Assembly: GCA_963779755.1 (NCBI GenBank)
Contig: CAVZZO010000001.1
Coordinates: 2,208,001 to 2,272,000, forward strand
Origin: an uncultured Gemmatimonadales bacterium
Lineage (GTDB): Bacteria; Gemmatimonadota; Gemmatimonadetes; Gemmatimonadales; GWC2-71-9
Direction: 5' to 3'
Length of the DNA: 64,000 nucleotides
The notes under the pieces were generated by a model, which ran no database searches, was not told the origin of the DNA, and saw only the letters and a program-made list of their open reading frames with translations. The translations under genes were made by a program, and so were the position numbers. Position 1 is the first letter of the stretch. Each line of letters begins with the position of its first letter. Of this stretch, positions 1-8,791 are shown one piece after another.

Positions 1-1037
1 TTCACTATCCGGATGCTACGCGCCCAGCCGGAGCAGTAATCGCCGTAGAAGTAGGTACCCTGGAGCGCGGGAATGGCGCCGCCCCGATACACATACCCGC
101 CCGTGATGGCACAGGCCGGACCGTGCGGGTATTCGAACAGCGGCAGCGTCAGTCCCGTCATGTCGCAGCCGGACAGCGGGCGGTTGCAGAGCGTCGCTTC
201 CATTCGGGGCCAGCCGAAGTTCTGCCCTGCGGTGCCCGCCGGAATACGATCGATTTCCTCCAGCCGGTCCTCACCCACGTCGGCGATATAGATATCGCCG
301 CTGCCGCGGTCGAAGCTCCAGCGCCAGGGATTGCGGAAGCCGAGGGCGTAGATCTCGGGGCGCCACCCCGCCCGGTTCACGAACGGGTTGTCGGTCGGAA
401 CCGTGTAGGGCGCGCCATGATCGACGTCGATCCGGATCATCTTGCCGTGCAGCGAGGTGCTGTCCTGGGCGGGGCTGCTCGGCAGCGTGTCCGTATTCCG
501 CCCCTCCAGGGTGTCGCCGAAGGCCAGGTAGAGATCGCCGTCGGGGCCGAAGGCGACGAGGCCGCCGTAGAGTACGGCCCGCGGGTCCTGCGGCAGCTCG
601 AGGATCACCTGCTCGGAATTGAGATCGGCATGATCGAAGTCCGGCGTGGCGGTAAACTCCGAAAGCCGGCCGTTCCCGTTCGCCCCGACGTAATAGACGA
701 AGAGCCGCCGGTTGCTGGCATACGCCGGATGAAAGGCGAGGCTGTAGCTGCCGTACTCGCCCGTGGCGGGGGACGTCTCGCCGGTCAGGTTCAGGAATGC
801 GGAGTCCTGGCGCACCCCGTTCTTGCGCAGCAGAATGCGGCCGCCGCGCTGCACTACCACAAGCCGGCTGGTATCGCCCGGCGGCGAGGTGACATAGATG
901 GAGAAGTCGTAACCGCTGTCGACCGGCGCCAGGACCAGATGCAGCGGCCCCGGCCCCGGTGCGGGGCCGGTGCTGTCGCTGCAGGCGGCAATCACGACGG
1001 CGGCAGCCAGCAGGATGGCCGGACGGAGTAAACGCAT
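1..1037 (-). CDS. PQQ-dependent sugar dehydrogenase family (glucose/sorbosone dehydrogenase-like beta-propeller) lipoprotein, 3' end outside window
   Basis: Not in the ORF track because it has no stop in the window. Hand translation from ATG 1037: MRLLRPAILLAAAVVIAAC (lipobox), SLAFHP, AFGPDGDLYLAFGD, GKMIRIDVD, PTDNPF, PEIYALGFRNPWRWSFD, DVGEDRLEEID, NFGWP, ITGGYVYRG. Confidence 0.85.
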   Translation of the reverse strand, partial: MRLLRPAILLAAAVVIAACSDSTGPAPGPGPLHLVLAPVDSGYDFSIYVTSPPGDTSRLVVVQRGGRILLRKNGVRQDSAFLNLTGETSPATGEYGSYSLAFHPAYASNRRLFVYYVGANGNGRLSEFTATPDFDHADLNSEQVILELPQDPRAVLYGGLVAFGPDGDLYLAFGDTLEGRNTDTLPSSPAQDSTSLHGKMIRIDVDHGAPYTVPTDNPFVNRAGWRPEIYALGFRNPWRWSFDRGSGDIYIADVGEDRLEEIDRIPAGTAGQNFGWPRMEATLCNRPLSGCDMTGLTLPLFEYPHGPACAITGGYVYRGGAIPALQGTYFYGDYCSGWARSIRIV

Positions 1038-1049
1038 GGAGGGCAATGT

Positions 1050-1135
1050 AAGACGGGAGAAAGACGGGAGAAAGACGGGAGATGGACGGGAGATGGATCG
1101 TCCTTCTTCCGTTCCGCCCGGCCTGTCTTCTCCGG
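1050..1135. repeat. 11-mer tandem repeat (AAGACGGGAGA x3 plus one variant) with a degenerate complementary arm
   Basis: Units at 1050, 1061 and 1072, variant at 1083; pyrimidine-rich arm at 1101-1135. Confidence 0.8.
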
Positions 1136-1194
1136 GTCCGCTGTTATATTGCTCCCGGCCGCTCTGAACTCTCATCCTGCAAGGAAGATCGCGC

Positions 1195-2421
1195 ATGGAC
1201 GACGCGCTCTATTTTGGTGAGCAGCACCAGCAGGTGCGCGAAATGGTCCGGGAATTCGCCCGGCAGGAAATTGCTCCCGTCGCCCGCGAGCTCGATCGCG
1301 ACTCCGAGTTCCCCTGGGAAAACGTCAAGAAGATGGGCGAGCTGGGGCTCCTCGGGATTCCCTGGAGCGAGGAGCTGGGTGGGGCGGGGATGGACCAGCT
1401 GAGCTATTACATCACGCTCCATGAGCTGGCCAAGGTGGACGCCAGCCATGCGCTCACCGTGAGCGCCCATACCAATCTCGGGACGTCCCCGATCGTCGAG
1501 TTCGGAACCGACGAGCAGCGGCGCCGTTACGTGCCGCTGCTGGCCTCGGGCCAGGTGCTGGGTGGCTTCGGCCTGACCGAGCCCGGGGCAGGAAGCGATG
1601 CCGGAGGCACCGCGACCACGGCCATAGACAAGGGCGATCACTTCCTGCTCAACGGCACCAAGGTCTTCATCACCCATGCCGGGGTCGGAGAGATTTTCTC
1701 GGCCACGGCCCGGACCGCCCCCGGCAAGGGCAACAAGGGGATCACCAGCTTCATCGTCACCAAGGACACGGTGGATCTGGCCCGCTGCCGGGAGCTGGGC
1801 ATTGGCCACGCCGGGGATCTGCCCAAGGTGGCCGGCGTCCGGGCCGGGAAAAAAGAGGAGAAGATGGGCTGGCGCGCGAGCGATACCCGCGAGCTGATCT
1901 TCGAGGATGCCGTGGTGCCCAGGGAAAATGTCCTGGGGGAAATGGGGCAGGGGTTCGTCAACTTCCTCAAGACGCTGGACGCCGGCCGGATCGGGATCGC
2001 CGCGGTATCCCTGGGCATTGCCGAGGGCGCCTACGACCAGGCCCGCGAATATGCCGGCGTGCGCAAACAGTTCGGCCAGCCCATCGGCTCCTTTCAGGGC
2101 GTCTCGTTCAAGCTGGCCGACATGGCCACCGAAATCGAGGCCGGCACGCACCTCCTCTACCAGGCCGCCTGGCTCAAGCAGAACGGCAGGTCCTTCAAGA
2201 AAGAGGCGGCCATGGCCAAGCTCTACTGCAGCGAGCTCGCCATGCGCGTCACCACCGCGGCGGTCCAGGTCTTCGGCGGCTATGGCTATACCACCGACTA
2301 TCCGGTGGAGCGCATGATGCGCGACGCCAAGGTCTGCGAGATCGGCGAAGGAACCAGCGAAATCCAGCGGATCGTCATTGCCCGGGAGATCCTGGGGGAC
2401 TTGGCGCGCCAGAGCGCCTGA
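1195..2421 (+). CDS. Acyl-CoA dehydrogenase
   Basis: [57 protein letters not shown]-like AAGGA; extended -10-like TGTTATATT at 1142-1150. Confidence 0.95.
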   Translation: MDDALYFGEQHQQVREMVREFARQEIAPVARELDRDSEFPWENVKKMGELGLLGIPWSEELGGAGMDQLSYYITLHELAKVDASHALTVSAHTNLGTSPIVEFGTDEQRRRYVPLLASGQVLGGFGLTEPGAGSDAGGTATTAIDKGDHFLLNGTKVFITHAGVGEIFSATARTAPGKGNKGITSFIVTKDTVDLARCRELGIGHAGDLPKVAGVRAGKKEEKMGWRASDTRELIFEDAVVPRENVLGEMGQGFVNFLKTLDAGRIGIAAVSLGIAEGAYDQAREYAGVRKQFGQPIGSFQGVSFKLADMATEIEAGTHLLYQAAWLKQNGRSFKKEAAMAKLYCSELAMRVTTAAVQVFGGYGYTTDYPVERMMRDAKVCEIGEGTSEIQRIVIAREILGDLARQSA

Positions 2422-2515
2422 GAACGGGCGAACGGAGGAACGGACAAAGGGAATGGGGAAATGGGAAGGCGGGAGCATTCTCCGCCGCTTCCCTTTCCCC
2501 ATTCTCTTTTCCCCG
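2422..2515. repeat. Tandem-repeat inverted element (GAACGG units; GGGAATGGGGAAATGGGAAG ... CTTCCCTTTCCCCATTCTC)
   Basis: Starts directly after the stop at 2421; the two arms are complementary. Confidence 0.7.
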
Positions 2516-2569
2516 GACCGTTGCTCTAAGTCAAGCTATTGCATAAATTTAGGCCCATGTTACCGGTCG

Positions 2570-2983
2570 CAGTCACGCCACGTTCCGGTTTTCGCCTGCT
2601 CATCCAACGCCTGCGCCATCGTCTGCAAGATGGCCTGGGGCATTGGGTTGCGGCCGTGTACCCCATGCTGCACTCCTCCCGGGCGGCGTCACGCCGCGGC
2701 GGTCCGGGGAGAGCTGAACCTGCCCGGTTGCACCGGTTCCCCGGGAACCGCGGACCTTCGGGCGGCGCCATCGAGGTACGGATGATGTCCTGCCAGGCCG
2801 GTCTGATCGGGGCCGGGCTGCTTACCAGTGTGCCGGCTGCCGGTCACGCGGTCCCCGTCCAGCGAGGACGGTCCGGGTGGCGGGCTCCGGTCCGAGTTGC
2901 GCGATACGGTCTCCCCGCCGGGGAACTCCGTTCGCCCTACGTTTACGGGGCCCGCCAGGCATGGCTGGCCGAGGGTGTTCAGC
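2570..2983 (+). promoter_or_regulatory. Putative long structured 5' leader of the rne/rng gene
   Basis: About 410 nt with no convincing CDS between an AT-rich promoter-like patch (2527-2562) and the TTG start; several hairpins (CGGTTCC-ccg-GGAACCG, CGTCC-agcga-GGACG, GGCGGGCTCC...GGGGCCCGCC). Confidence 0.4.
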
Positions 2984-4654
2984 TTGAAGCGCGAGATTCT
3001 CATCAATGGAGGCCAGCGCGAGACGCGAGTGGCCATCCTCGAGGACGATCGCCTCGTCGAATTGCTCATCGACCGCCCGGATCACCGTCGCCGCGTCGGC
3101 GACATCTACAAGGGACGGGTGGAAGCGGTCCTCCCCGGTATTCAGGCGGCGTTTGTTGACATAGGCCTCGAGAAGAGCGCCTTCCTCCATGCCTCCGATT
3201 TGCTGGAGCCGGAGGAAGACGAGGAGCCGCTGGAAGAACCCGGGGATGAAGACGATGCGGCCGAGGCGCAGGAGGCCGCGGAGCAGACCGACCCGGAGCC
3301 GGCCGCCGCGGAGGAGAAGGGCCGCGGGCGCGACCGCCGCCGCCGGGGCAGGAACGGCGGGGGCGGGAGTAGCGCCGGGCGGCTGCGTGAGCCCGGAAAC
3401 CGCCGGGCGCTGCCCAACATCCAGGAAATCCTCAAGAAAGGCCAGACCCTCCTGGTCCAGGTGACCAAAGAGCCCATCAGTACCAAGGGCTCCCGGGTTA
3501 CCGCGCAGATCTCCCTCCCCGGGCGCTTCCTGGTCTACATGCCCTACGCTTCCCGCGTAGGGGTGAGCCGCAAGATCGACAGCCGGGAACAGCGCGCCCG
3601 CCTCCGCGAGATGGTCGCCGGGCTGCTGCCGAAGGACTCGGGCGGTGTCATTGTCCGCACGGTCGCCGAAGGGGTCACGGAGGAGCATTTCCGCCGCGAA
3701 ATCGACTCGCTGCTCAGCCTGTGGAAGAAGATCGTCAAGAAGGAGCGCTTCGTGCGCGCCCCGGCACTGGTGAACCGCGAGACCAGCCTTACCCGGGGCC
3801 TCATCCGCGATGTCTTCAGCGCCAAGGTGGACGCCTTGCACGTGGACACCAAGGAGATCCACCATGAGGTCGCGCAGTACCTGAAGCAGGTCGATCCCGA
3901 GCTGCTCGAGCGGGTGAACCTCTACCAGGACGATCCGCCCCTCTTCGAGAAGTTCGATATCGAAAACGAAATCCGCGACCTCTTCAAGGCCCGGTGCGAG
4001 CTTCCCACCGGAGGCTCCATCATCATCCAGCCTACCGAAGCTCTGGTGTCCATCGACGTCAACACCGGGCGCTATACCGGCAAGAAGGACCCCGAAAAGA
4101 CCATTCTCCGGACCAACCTCGAGGCCGCCCGCGAGATCGCCCGCCAGATCCGCCTCCGCGATATCGGCGGGATCGTGGTCTGCGACTTCATTGACATGGA
4201 ATCGCGGGGCAACCGGGAGAAGGTCCTCCAGGAGCTGCGGACCCACCTGGGGCGCGACCGGGCCCGGACCAAGGCCTTCGCGGTGAGCGAGCTGGGCCTC
4301 ATCGAGATGACCCGGCAGCGGGTGCGCCCCAGCCTCTGGCACTCCCTGACCACCGAATGCCCCACCTGCTCGGGCACCGGACGGGTCTTCAAGCCGGAAG
4401 TGGTGGCGCGCCGGCTGGAACGCTCCCTCCGGCGGGCGGGGAGGGACCGCAAGGAGCGGCATCTGGCGGTGCGGCTGCACCCCGAGGTGGCCCTCTACCT
4501 CCTGGAGCACGAGCCCAAGCTCATGCAGGCCCTGGCTCGCCAGACGGGCCTGCAGATCGAATTCCGGGACGATCCCATGATGCGGCTGGACGAGTTCCGG
4601 CTCATGAGCCGGCCCGCAGGGCGGGATGTGACGGACCTGTACGCGGTGGCTTGA
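2984..4654 (+). CDS. rne: Rne/Rng family ribonuclease (RNase E/G)
   Basis: KREILING, GDIYKGRVEAVLPGIQAAFVDIG, LVQVTKEPISTKG, SIDVNTG, DIGGIVVCDFIDM, CPTCSGTG; TTG start at 2984 with GAGGG 8 nt upstream. Confidence 0.92.
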   Translation: MKREILINGGQRETRVAILEDDRLVELLIDRPDHRRRVGDIYKGRVEAVLPGIQAAFVDIGLEKSAFLHASDLLEPEEDEEPLEEPGDEDDAAEAQEAAEQTDPEPAAAEEKGRGRDRRRRGRNGGGGSSAGRLREPGNRRALPNIQEILKKGQTLLVQVTKEPISTKGSRVTAQISLPGRFLVYMPYASRVGVSRKIDSREQRARLREMVAGLLPKDSGGVIVRTVAEGVTEEHFRREIDSLLSLWKKIVKKERFVRAPALVNRETSLTRGLIRDVFSAKVDALHVDTKEIHHEVAQYLKQVDPELLERVNLYQDDPPLFEKFDIENEIRDLFKARCELPTGGSIIIQPTEALVSIDVNTGRYTGKKDPEKTILRTNLEAAREIARQIRLRDIGGIVVCDFIDMESRGNREKVLQELRTHLGRDRARTKAFAVSELGLIEMTRQRVRPSLWHSLTTECPTCSGTGRVFKPEVVARRLERSLRRAGRDRKERHLAVRLHPEVALYLLEHEPKLMQALARQTGLQIEFRDDPMMRLDEFRLMSRPAGRDVTDLYAVA

Positions 4655-4655
4655 G

Positions 4656-4740
4656 CAGGGATCAGGGACCAGGGACCAGGCCCCCAGCCCCAGCCCCGTT
4701 GGGAGTGGTGGGGCCCTGATTCCCGATTCCTGGTCCCTGG
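4656..4740. repeat. Heptamer (CAGGGAC/CAGGGAT) tandem-repeat inverted element
   Basis: CAGGGAT CAGGGAC CAGGGAC CAGG ... CCCTGATTCCCGATTCCTGGTCCCTGG, beginning right after the rne stop. Confidence 0.85.
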
Positions 4741-4764
4741 CCCCCCGTCCCTCATTACGGGTAC

Positions 4765-4793
4765 TTGACGTAACCGTCCCGCTCGTCTAAGCT
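4765..4793 (+). promoter_or_regulatory. Sigma70-type promoter for rplU-rpmA
   Basis: TTGACG-N17-TAAGCT. Confidence 0.7.
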
Positions 4794-4831
4794 TACGGGC
4801 TCTATTCCGGCCACTTGGGAAGGTGTGGATC

Positions 4832-5146
4832 ATGTACGCGATCTTTCGCGCCCTCGGCAAACAGTTTCGTGCGGAAAAGGGGCAGGTGCTCCGGCTTCCT
4901 CTCATGCATGAGGAACCCGGCGCCAAGGTCACCTTCGATGAAGTCCTGCTCTCCGCCGACGGCGACACCATCCAGGCCGGGTCGCCCCTGGTGAAGGGCG
5001 CCGCCGTAGAGGCCGAAGTCCTGGGCGAGGGCAAGGAAAAGAAGATCTACGTTTTCAAGTTCAAGCGCCGGAAGAACTACCGCCGGAAGACCGGCCATCG
5101 CCAGCGCTTTACGGAAGTCCGGATCACCGATATCCGGGCAGGGTGA
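4832..5146 (+). CDS. rplU: 50S ribosomal protein L21
   Basis: MYAIFRALGKQFR ... KFKRRKNYRRKTGHRQRFTEVRI. Confidence 0.97.
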   Translation: MYAIFRALGKQFRAEKGQVLRLPLMHEEPGAKVTFDEVLLSADGDTIQAGSPLVKGAAVEAEVLGEGKEKKIYVFKFKRRKNYRRKTGHRQRFTEVRITDIRAG

Positions 5147-5152
5147 GGAACC

Positions 5153-5425
5153 ATGGCTCATAAGAAGGGCGTCGGCTCCAGCCGCAACGGGCGGACCGCC
5201 AATCCGAAATATCTTGGCGTCAAGAAGTTCGGCGGCGAACGGGTCCGCGCCGGCATGATCCTGGTCCGCCAGCGGGGGACCAGGTTCCACCCCGGCCGCA
5301 ACGTGCTCCGCGGCTCCGACGACACACTGTTTTCCACCGTCGACGGCGTCGTGAAGTTTGAATATCGTGACAAGAACCGGAAGCAGGTGTCGGTCTACCC
5401 GCCCGAGGCTGCGGCCACCGCCTGA
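5153..5425 (+). CDS. rpmA: 50S ribosomal protein L27
   Basis: [35 protein letters not shown]. Confidence 0.98.
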   Translation: MAHKKGVGSSRNGRTANPKYLGVKKFGGERVRAGMILVRQRGTRFHPGRNVLRGSDDTLFSTVDGVVKFEYRDKNRKQVSVYPPEAAATA

Positions 5426-5450
5426 TTTCGCGGCATCAGTCCAGCTCCCC

Positions 5451-5480
5451 CGGGACGCCTTTCGGCGTCCCGTTCTTGTT
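5451..5480 (+). terminator. Intrinsic terminator after rpmA
   Basis: CGGGACGCC-tttc-GGCGTCCCG followed by TTCTTGTT. Confidence 0.8.
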
Positions 5481-5622
5481 GCCGGTTCGGCCGTCCCCCC
5501 TTGGCCCCTCAGCAGGCTCCCTGCATATTGCAGGATGAAACATCTGGCGCAGCCCGGCCGTCGTGACCAGTGCCGCTCGCCGGACTCTGGCGACAGGCGA
5601 CCGACGACTCGGAGGGGAGATC

Positions 5623-5982
5623 ATGGGAACGATTCTGGAACGCCTCAACCGTGAGCTGGAACAGATGGGCCGGCGGGCGCAGGCCGCGCTGGACGAGGGC
5701 AGGCTTCAACTGGAGCTGCTGCGGCTGCGCCGCCAGCGCGACAATGCCGCGGGGGATCTGGGCCGCCTCATCTACAAGCGGGAGCGGGGCGGGGAGGTGG
5801 AACCGGCACGGATCGACGCCCTGCTGCTCCGGCTGGATGATATCGAAGCCGCCATCGACAAGGTGGAACACCAGATGCGGAGCGTGAAGGCCGAGGCGGT
5901 GGTGGAGGAGGAGCCGGTGCCGGCCGGCGCCGGTGCCGCTCCCGAGCCGCCGCCGGGTGCGGAGGAAGGATCTCCCAGCTGA
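5623..5982 (+). CDS. Hypothetical coiled-coil protein
   Basis: GGAGG SD before ATG 5623; amphipathic helical sequence; GC3-rich codons. Confidence 0.75.
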   Translation: MGTILERLNRELEQMGRRAQAALDEGRLQLELLRLRRQRDNAAGDLGRLIYKRERGGEVEPARIDALLLRLDDIEAAIDKVEHQMRSVKAEAVVEEEPVPAGAGAAPEPPPGAEEGSPS

Positions 5983-6047
5983 GGGATCAGGAATCAGGAA
6001 CCAGGGGGTACCTGTCCCCTGATTCCTGACTCCTGGCTCCCGATCCC
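5983..6047. repeat. Heptamer (CAGGAAT-type) tandem-repeat inverted element between convergent stops
   Basis: GGGATCAGGAATCAGGAACCAGGGG ... CCCCTGATTCCTGACTCCTGGCTCCCGATCCC, filling the gap from stop to stop. Confidence 0.85.
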
Positions 6048-7364
6048 CTAGTAGTTCGGCGGCAGTGTCCGATAGCGCTCCCGCAGTTCGGTCTGCCGGC
6101 TCACCAGGGGAATCTCCCGCCCCCGGATCAGGACGTGCTCCGGCGCGGTGTCGAATTCGAACGGATCGCCGCTCCAGACCACCAGGTTCGCCACCTTGCC
6201 CTTCTCCAGCGATCCATAGCCGCTGAGGCCGAAGGCCAGCGCCGGGGCCAGCGTGACGGCGCGCAGCGCATCCTCCCACGGCAGGCCGTCCCGCACGGCA
6301 TGCCCGGCGGCGAAGCGGAGATCGCGCGGCCCGCCCTCTTCGTTCTCCACCACCATGACCGGGACACCGGCCTTGCGGAGCAGCGCCGCGTTGTCCAGGC
6401 GGGCCCCGAGCCCGTCGAACGAGGGAATGTCGGTGAGCGGATAGACGGCGACCGGCACGTGCGCGGCCGCCAGCTCCGGCGCGACCTGCCACGCCTCCGT
6501 GCCGCCCAGGATGACCAGGCGGAGGCCGTATTCCCGGGCGATCCGCAGACTGTTCTCGATGTCGCTGCGCCGGTTGGCAAGCGCGTAGACCGGCAGGGAG
6601 CCCGCCAGCACCTGGCTCAGCGCTTCGAGATCGGCCGCGGGGGCGGCCAGGTCCTGCATCTGTCGCTTCCGGAAGTCCGGCTTGCGCCGCTGGTATTCGC
6701 GGGCATCATCGAACACATGCCGTAGCCGCTCCAGCACGCCGGCCCGGCTGCCGCCTCCGGCCTCCTTGCTGTTCTCGCTCAGGTCGATAACCATGGCGAC
6801 GGGCGACCGGGCCACCAGGTCCTCGATACGTTCACCGTCGAGATCGATGAACGCCGCCTGGCCGGCGATCAGCCCGCCCCTCGGCAGCGACAGCGCCGAG
6901 GTGACCCCCGCGATCCGGGCCACCGGGATCGGGACGGACGCCGGATCGATCCCTTCGGCCACATTGAAGGCCGCGTTGATGTCGCCGGTTTCCCGGGCTT
7001 CGTTGGTGCCGGGGACCGAGCCCACGTCGCGCAATCCAAGATCGCTCGCCGCATCGATGAGTCCGGGCGTCACCCACTTGCCGGTGGCGTCGATCCGGGT
7101 GGCGCCCGCCGGAATGGCGAGTCCGGTTCCTACCGCGACGATCTTCCCGTCCTGAATCAGCACCGTTCCCTGCTCGATCTTCGGCCCGGATACCGGGTAG
7201 ACCGTTCCGCCCGTGATCGCGATGGTCTGCGCCCGGAGGGGAGTTGCCACCAGGCCGAAGAGCGCGAGAGCGGCGAGTCCTGCCGCCCTGCGACCGAGCG
7301 GCCCTCCAATGGAGAGGCCGCGAAGAAGTCCTTTAGGGCCGTCCTGCCGTCTTGCCGTCCTCAT
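6048..7364 (-). CDS. Secreted amidohydrolase-family protein, probably lacking metal ligands
   Basis: TIAITGGTVYPV, IDATGKWVTPGLIDA, GSLEKGKVANLVVWSGDPF; ATGA overlap with the upstream gene's stop; HxH replaced by ASD. Confidence 0.85.
   Translation of the reverse strand: MRTARRQDGPKGLLRGLSIGGPLGRRAAGLAALALFGLVATPLRAQTIAITGGTVYPVSGPKIEQGTVLIQDGKIVAVGTGLAIPAGATRIDATGKWVTPGLIDAASDLGLRDVGSVPGTNEARETGDINAAFNVAEGIDPASVPIPVARIAGVTSALSLPRGGLIAGQAAFIDLDGERIEDLVARSPVAMVIDLSENSKEAGGGSRAGVLERLRHVFDDAREYQRRKPDFRKRQMQDLAAPAADLEALSQVLAGSLPVYALANRRSDIENSLRIAREYGLRLVILGGTEAWQVAPELAAAHVPVAVYPLTDIPSFDGLGARLDNAALLRKAGVPVMVVENEEGGPRDLRFAAGHAVRDGLPWEDALRAVTLAPALAFGLSGYGSLEKGKVANLVVWSGDPFEFDTAPEHVLIRGREIPLVSRQTELRERYRTLPPNY
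7277..7361. repeat. Dispersed ~85-bp element (octamer GCCGTCCT repeats plus unique core), copy 1, inside a CDS N-terminus
   Basis: Aligns by eye with 12300-12385, e.g. CTGCGACCGAGCGGCC, TCCAAT and GAAGTCCTTTAGGGCCG. Confidence 0.85.
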
Positions 7365-8767
7365 CGTCCCACCCCCGGTTCGGCGGTTCCCAGGTTGAAA
7401 TCGGTCTCCGGGCGGCGGGCCGGGTCCTCGCGGTCGTAGACCAGCCAGCCGTCGTTGAACACCTTGTCCGCCCGGGTGTAGATGGAGAAGGGGTCGCCCG
7501 ACCAGAGGACGACATCGGCTTCCTTGCCTGCCTCGAGCGACCCGGTGGTACTGTCGATGCCCAGCGCCCAGGCCGGGTTGATCGTAATCCAGCGGATCGC
7601 CTGCTCCCGCGTCACCGGGATGCCCGCCTGGTTCCCGGCATACATGGCCTTGGCGGCCTCCTGGTTCAGCCGCTGAATCCCGTCGGGGTCGTCGGAATGG
7701 ATGATCACGCGGGCCCCCGCCTTCTGCAGCAGTGCCGCGTTCTCCGGAATACCGTCGAATGCCTCCATCTTGAAGCCCCACCAGTCGGCCCACACCGAGC
7801 TGGCGACACCTTCCTTCGCCAGCAGATCGGCGATCTTGTACGCCTCCACCGCGTGGTGGAACGAACGGATCCTGAACCCGAACTCGTGGGAAAGATCGAT
7901 CATCTGGGCCATTTCGTCGGCCCGGTAGCAGTGGTTATGCACCAGCATGTGTCCCCGCAGCACTTCGGCCAGCGTCTCCAGCTTGAGGTCGCGGGCCGGC
8001 GGGTCGCCCTTGTGATCCGCATTCCATTCATCCCACCGCCGGCGGTATTGCTCGGCCTCGATGAACGCCGCGCGATAGCCCGCCATGTTGCCCATGCGGG
8101 TCGAGGGGCCGCCCCGATCGCCGTAGACCCGCTTGGGGTTTTCCCCGCAGGCCATCTTCAGGCCGTAGGGAGCCCCGGGATATTTCATCTCCTGGACGGT
8201 GCGGGCGGGAATGAGCCGGAGCGTCGCGGAGCGGCCGCCGATCAGGTTGGCCGAACCCGGCAGCGCCTGAATGACGGTAATGCCGCCGGCGATCGCCAGC
8301 GGGATCTGCGGATCCTGCGGCCAGAAGGAGTGTTCCGCCCAGACATTCGCCGTCACCGGGTTGGTGGCCTCGTTGCCGTCGCTCTCGGCGAAGGTTCCCG
8401 GCGCCGCGTAGACGCCGATGTGGCTGTGGTCGTCGATGATGCCGGGCGTCACCCACTTGCCGCTGCCGTCGATCACCAGGGCGCCGGCCGGCGCGGTGAG
8501 CGCCGAGTCGGCCACGGCCACCACCCGTCCGTCGGCAAAGAGAATCGAGGCCTGGTGCAGCTCGGCCCCCGCCGCGGTAAGGATGCTGGCGTCCCGGATC
8601 AGGACCGGCTGGAAGGCGTGCCGGTGGTAGGTGGACGGATACTGGGGGCGGTCGACACTGGTCGACTCGGCCGCGGCGGCCATCGCCGGGGCCGGCCCCG
8701 GTCCCGACGGCGGGGCGCAGCCGGCGACCGACGCCAGCAGGAGCAAGGACAAGAGGCTGCGTGACAT
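7361..8767 (-). CDS. Metal-dependent amidohydrolase lipoprotein (imidazolonepropionase-like)
   Basis: Lipobox VAGC; PGIIDDHSHIG, LKMACGENPKR, HNHCYRADE, FHHAVE, IHSDD, WITINPA. Confidence 0.9.
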   Translation of the reverse strand: MSRSLLSLLLLASVAGCAPPSGPGPAPAMAAAAESTSVDRPQYPSTYHRHAFQPVLIRDASILTAAGAELHQASILFADGRVVAVADSALTAPAGALVIDGSGKWVTPGIIDDHSHIGVYAAPGTFAESDGNEATNPVTANVWAEHSFWPQDPQIPLAIAGGITVIQALPGSANLIGGRSATLRLIPARTVQEMKYPGAPYGLKMACGENPKRVYGDRGGPSTRMGNMAGYRAAFIEAEQYRRRWDEWNADHKGDPPARDLKLETLAEVLRGHMLVHNHCYRADEMAQMIDLSHEFGFRIRSFHHAVEAYKIADLLAKEGVASSVWADWWGFKMEAFDGIPENAALLQKAGARVIIHSDDPDGIQRLNQEAAKAMYAGNQAGIPVTREQAIRWITINPAWALGIDSTTGSLEAGKEADVVLWSGDPFSIYTRADKVFNDGWLVYDREDPARRPETDFNLGTAEPGVGR

Positions 8768-8791
8768 GGCGATCTCTGATCTGGAATGGAG

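Noticed and set aside
2539..3159. 206-aa ORF over the rne leader, or RNase P/tmRNA/6S/SRP/riboswitch in this region
   Set aside because: The ORF is Arg/Pro/Gly-rich and overlaps rne out of frame. I could not find the conserved signatures of those RNAs by eye.
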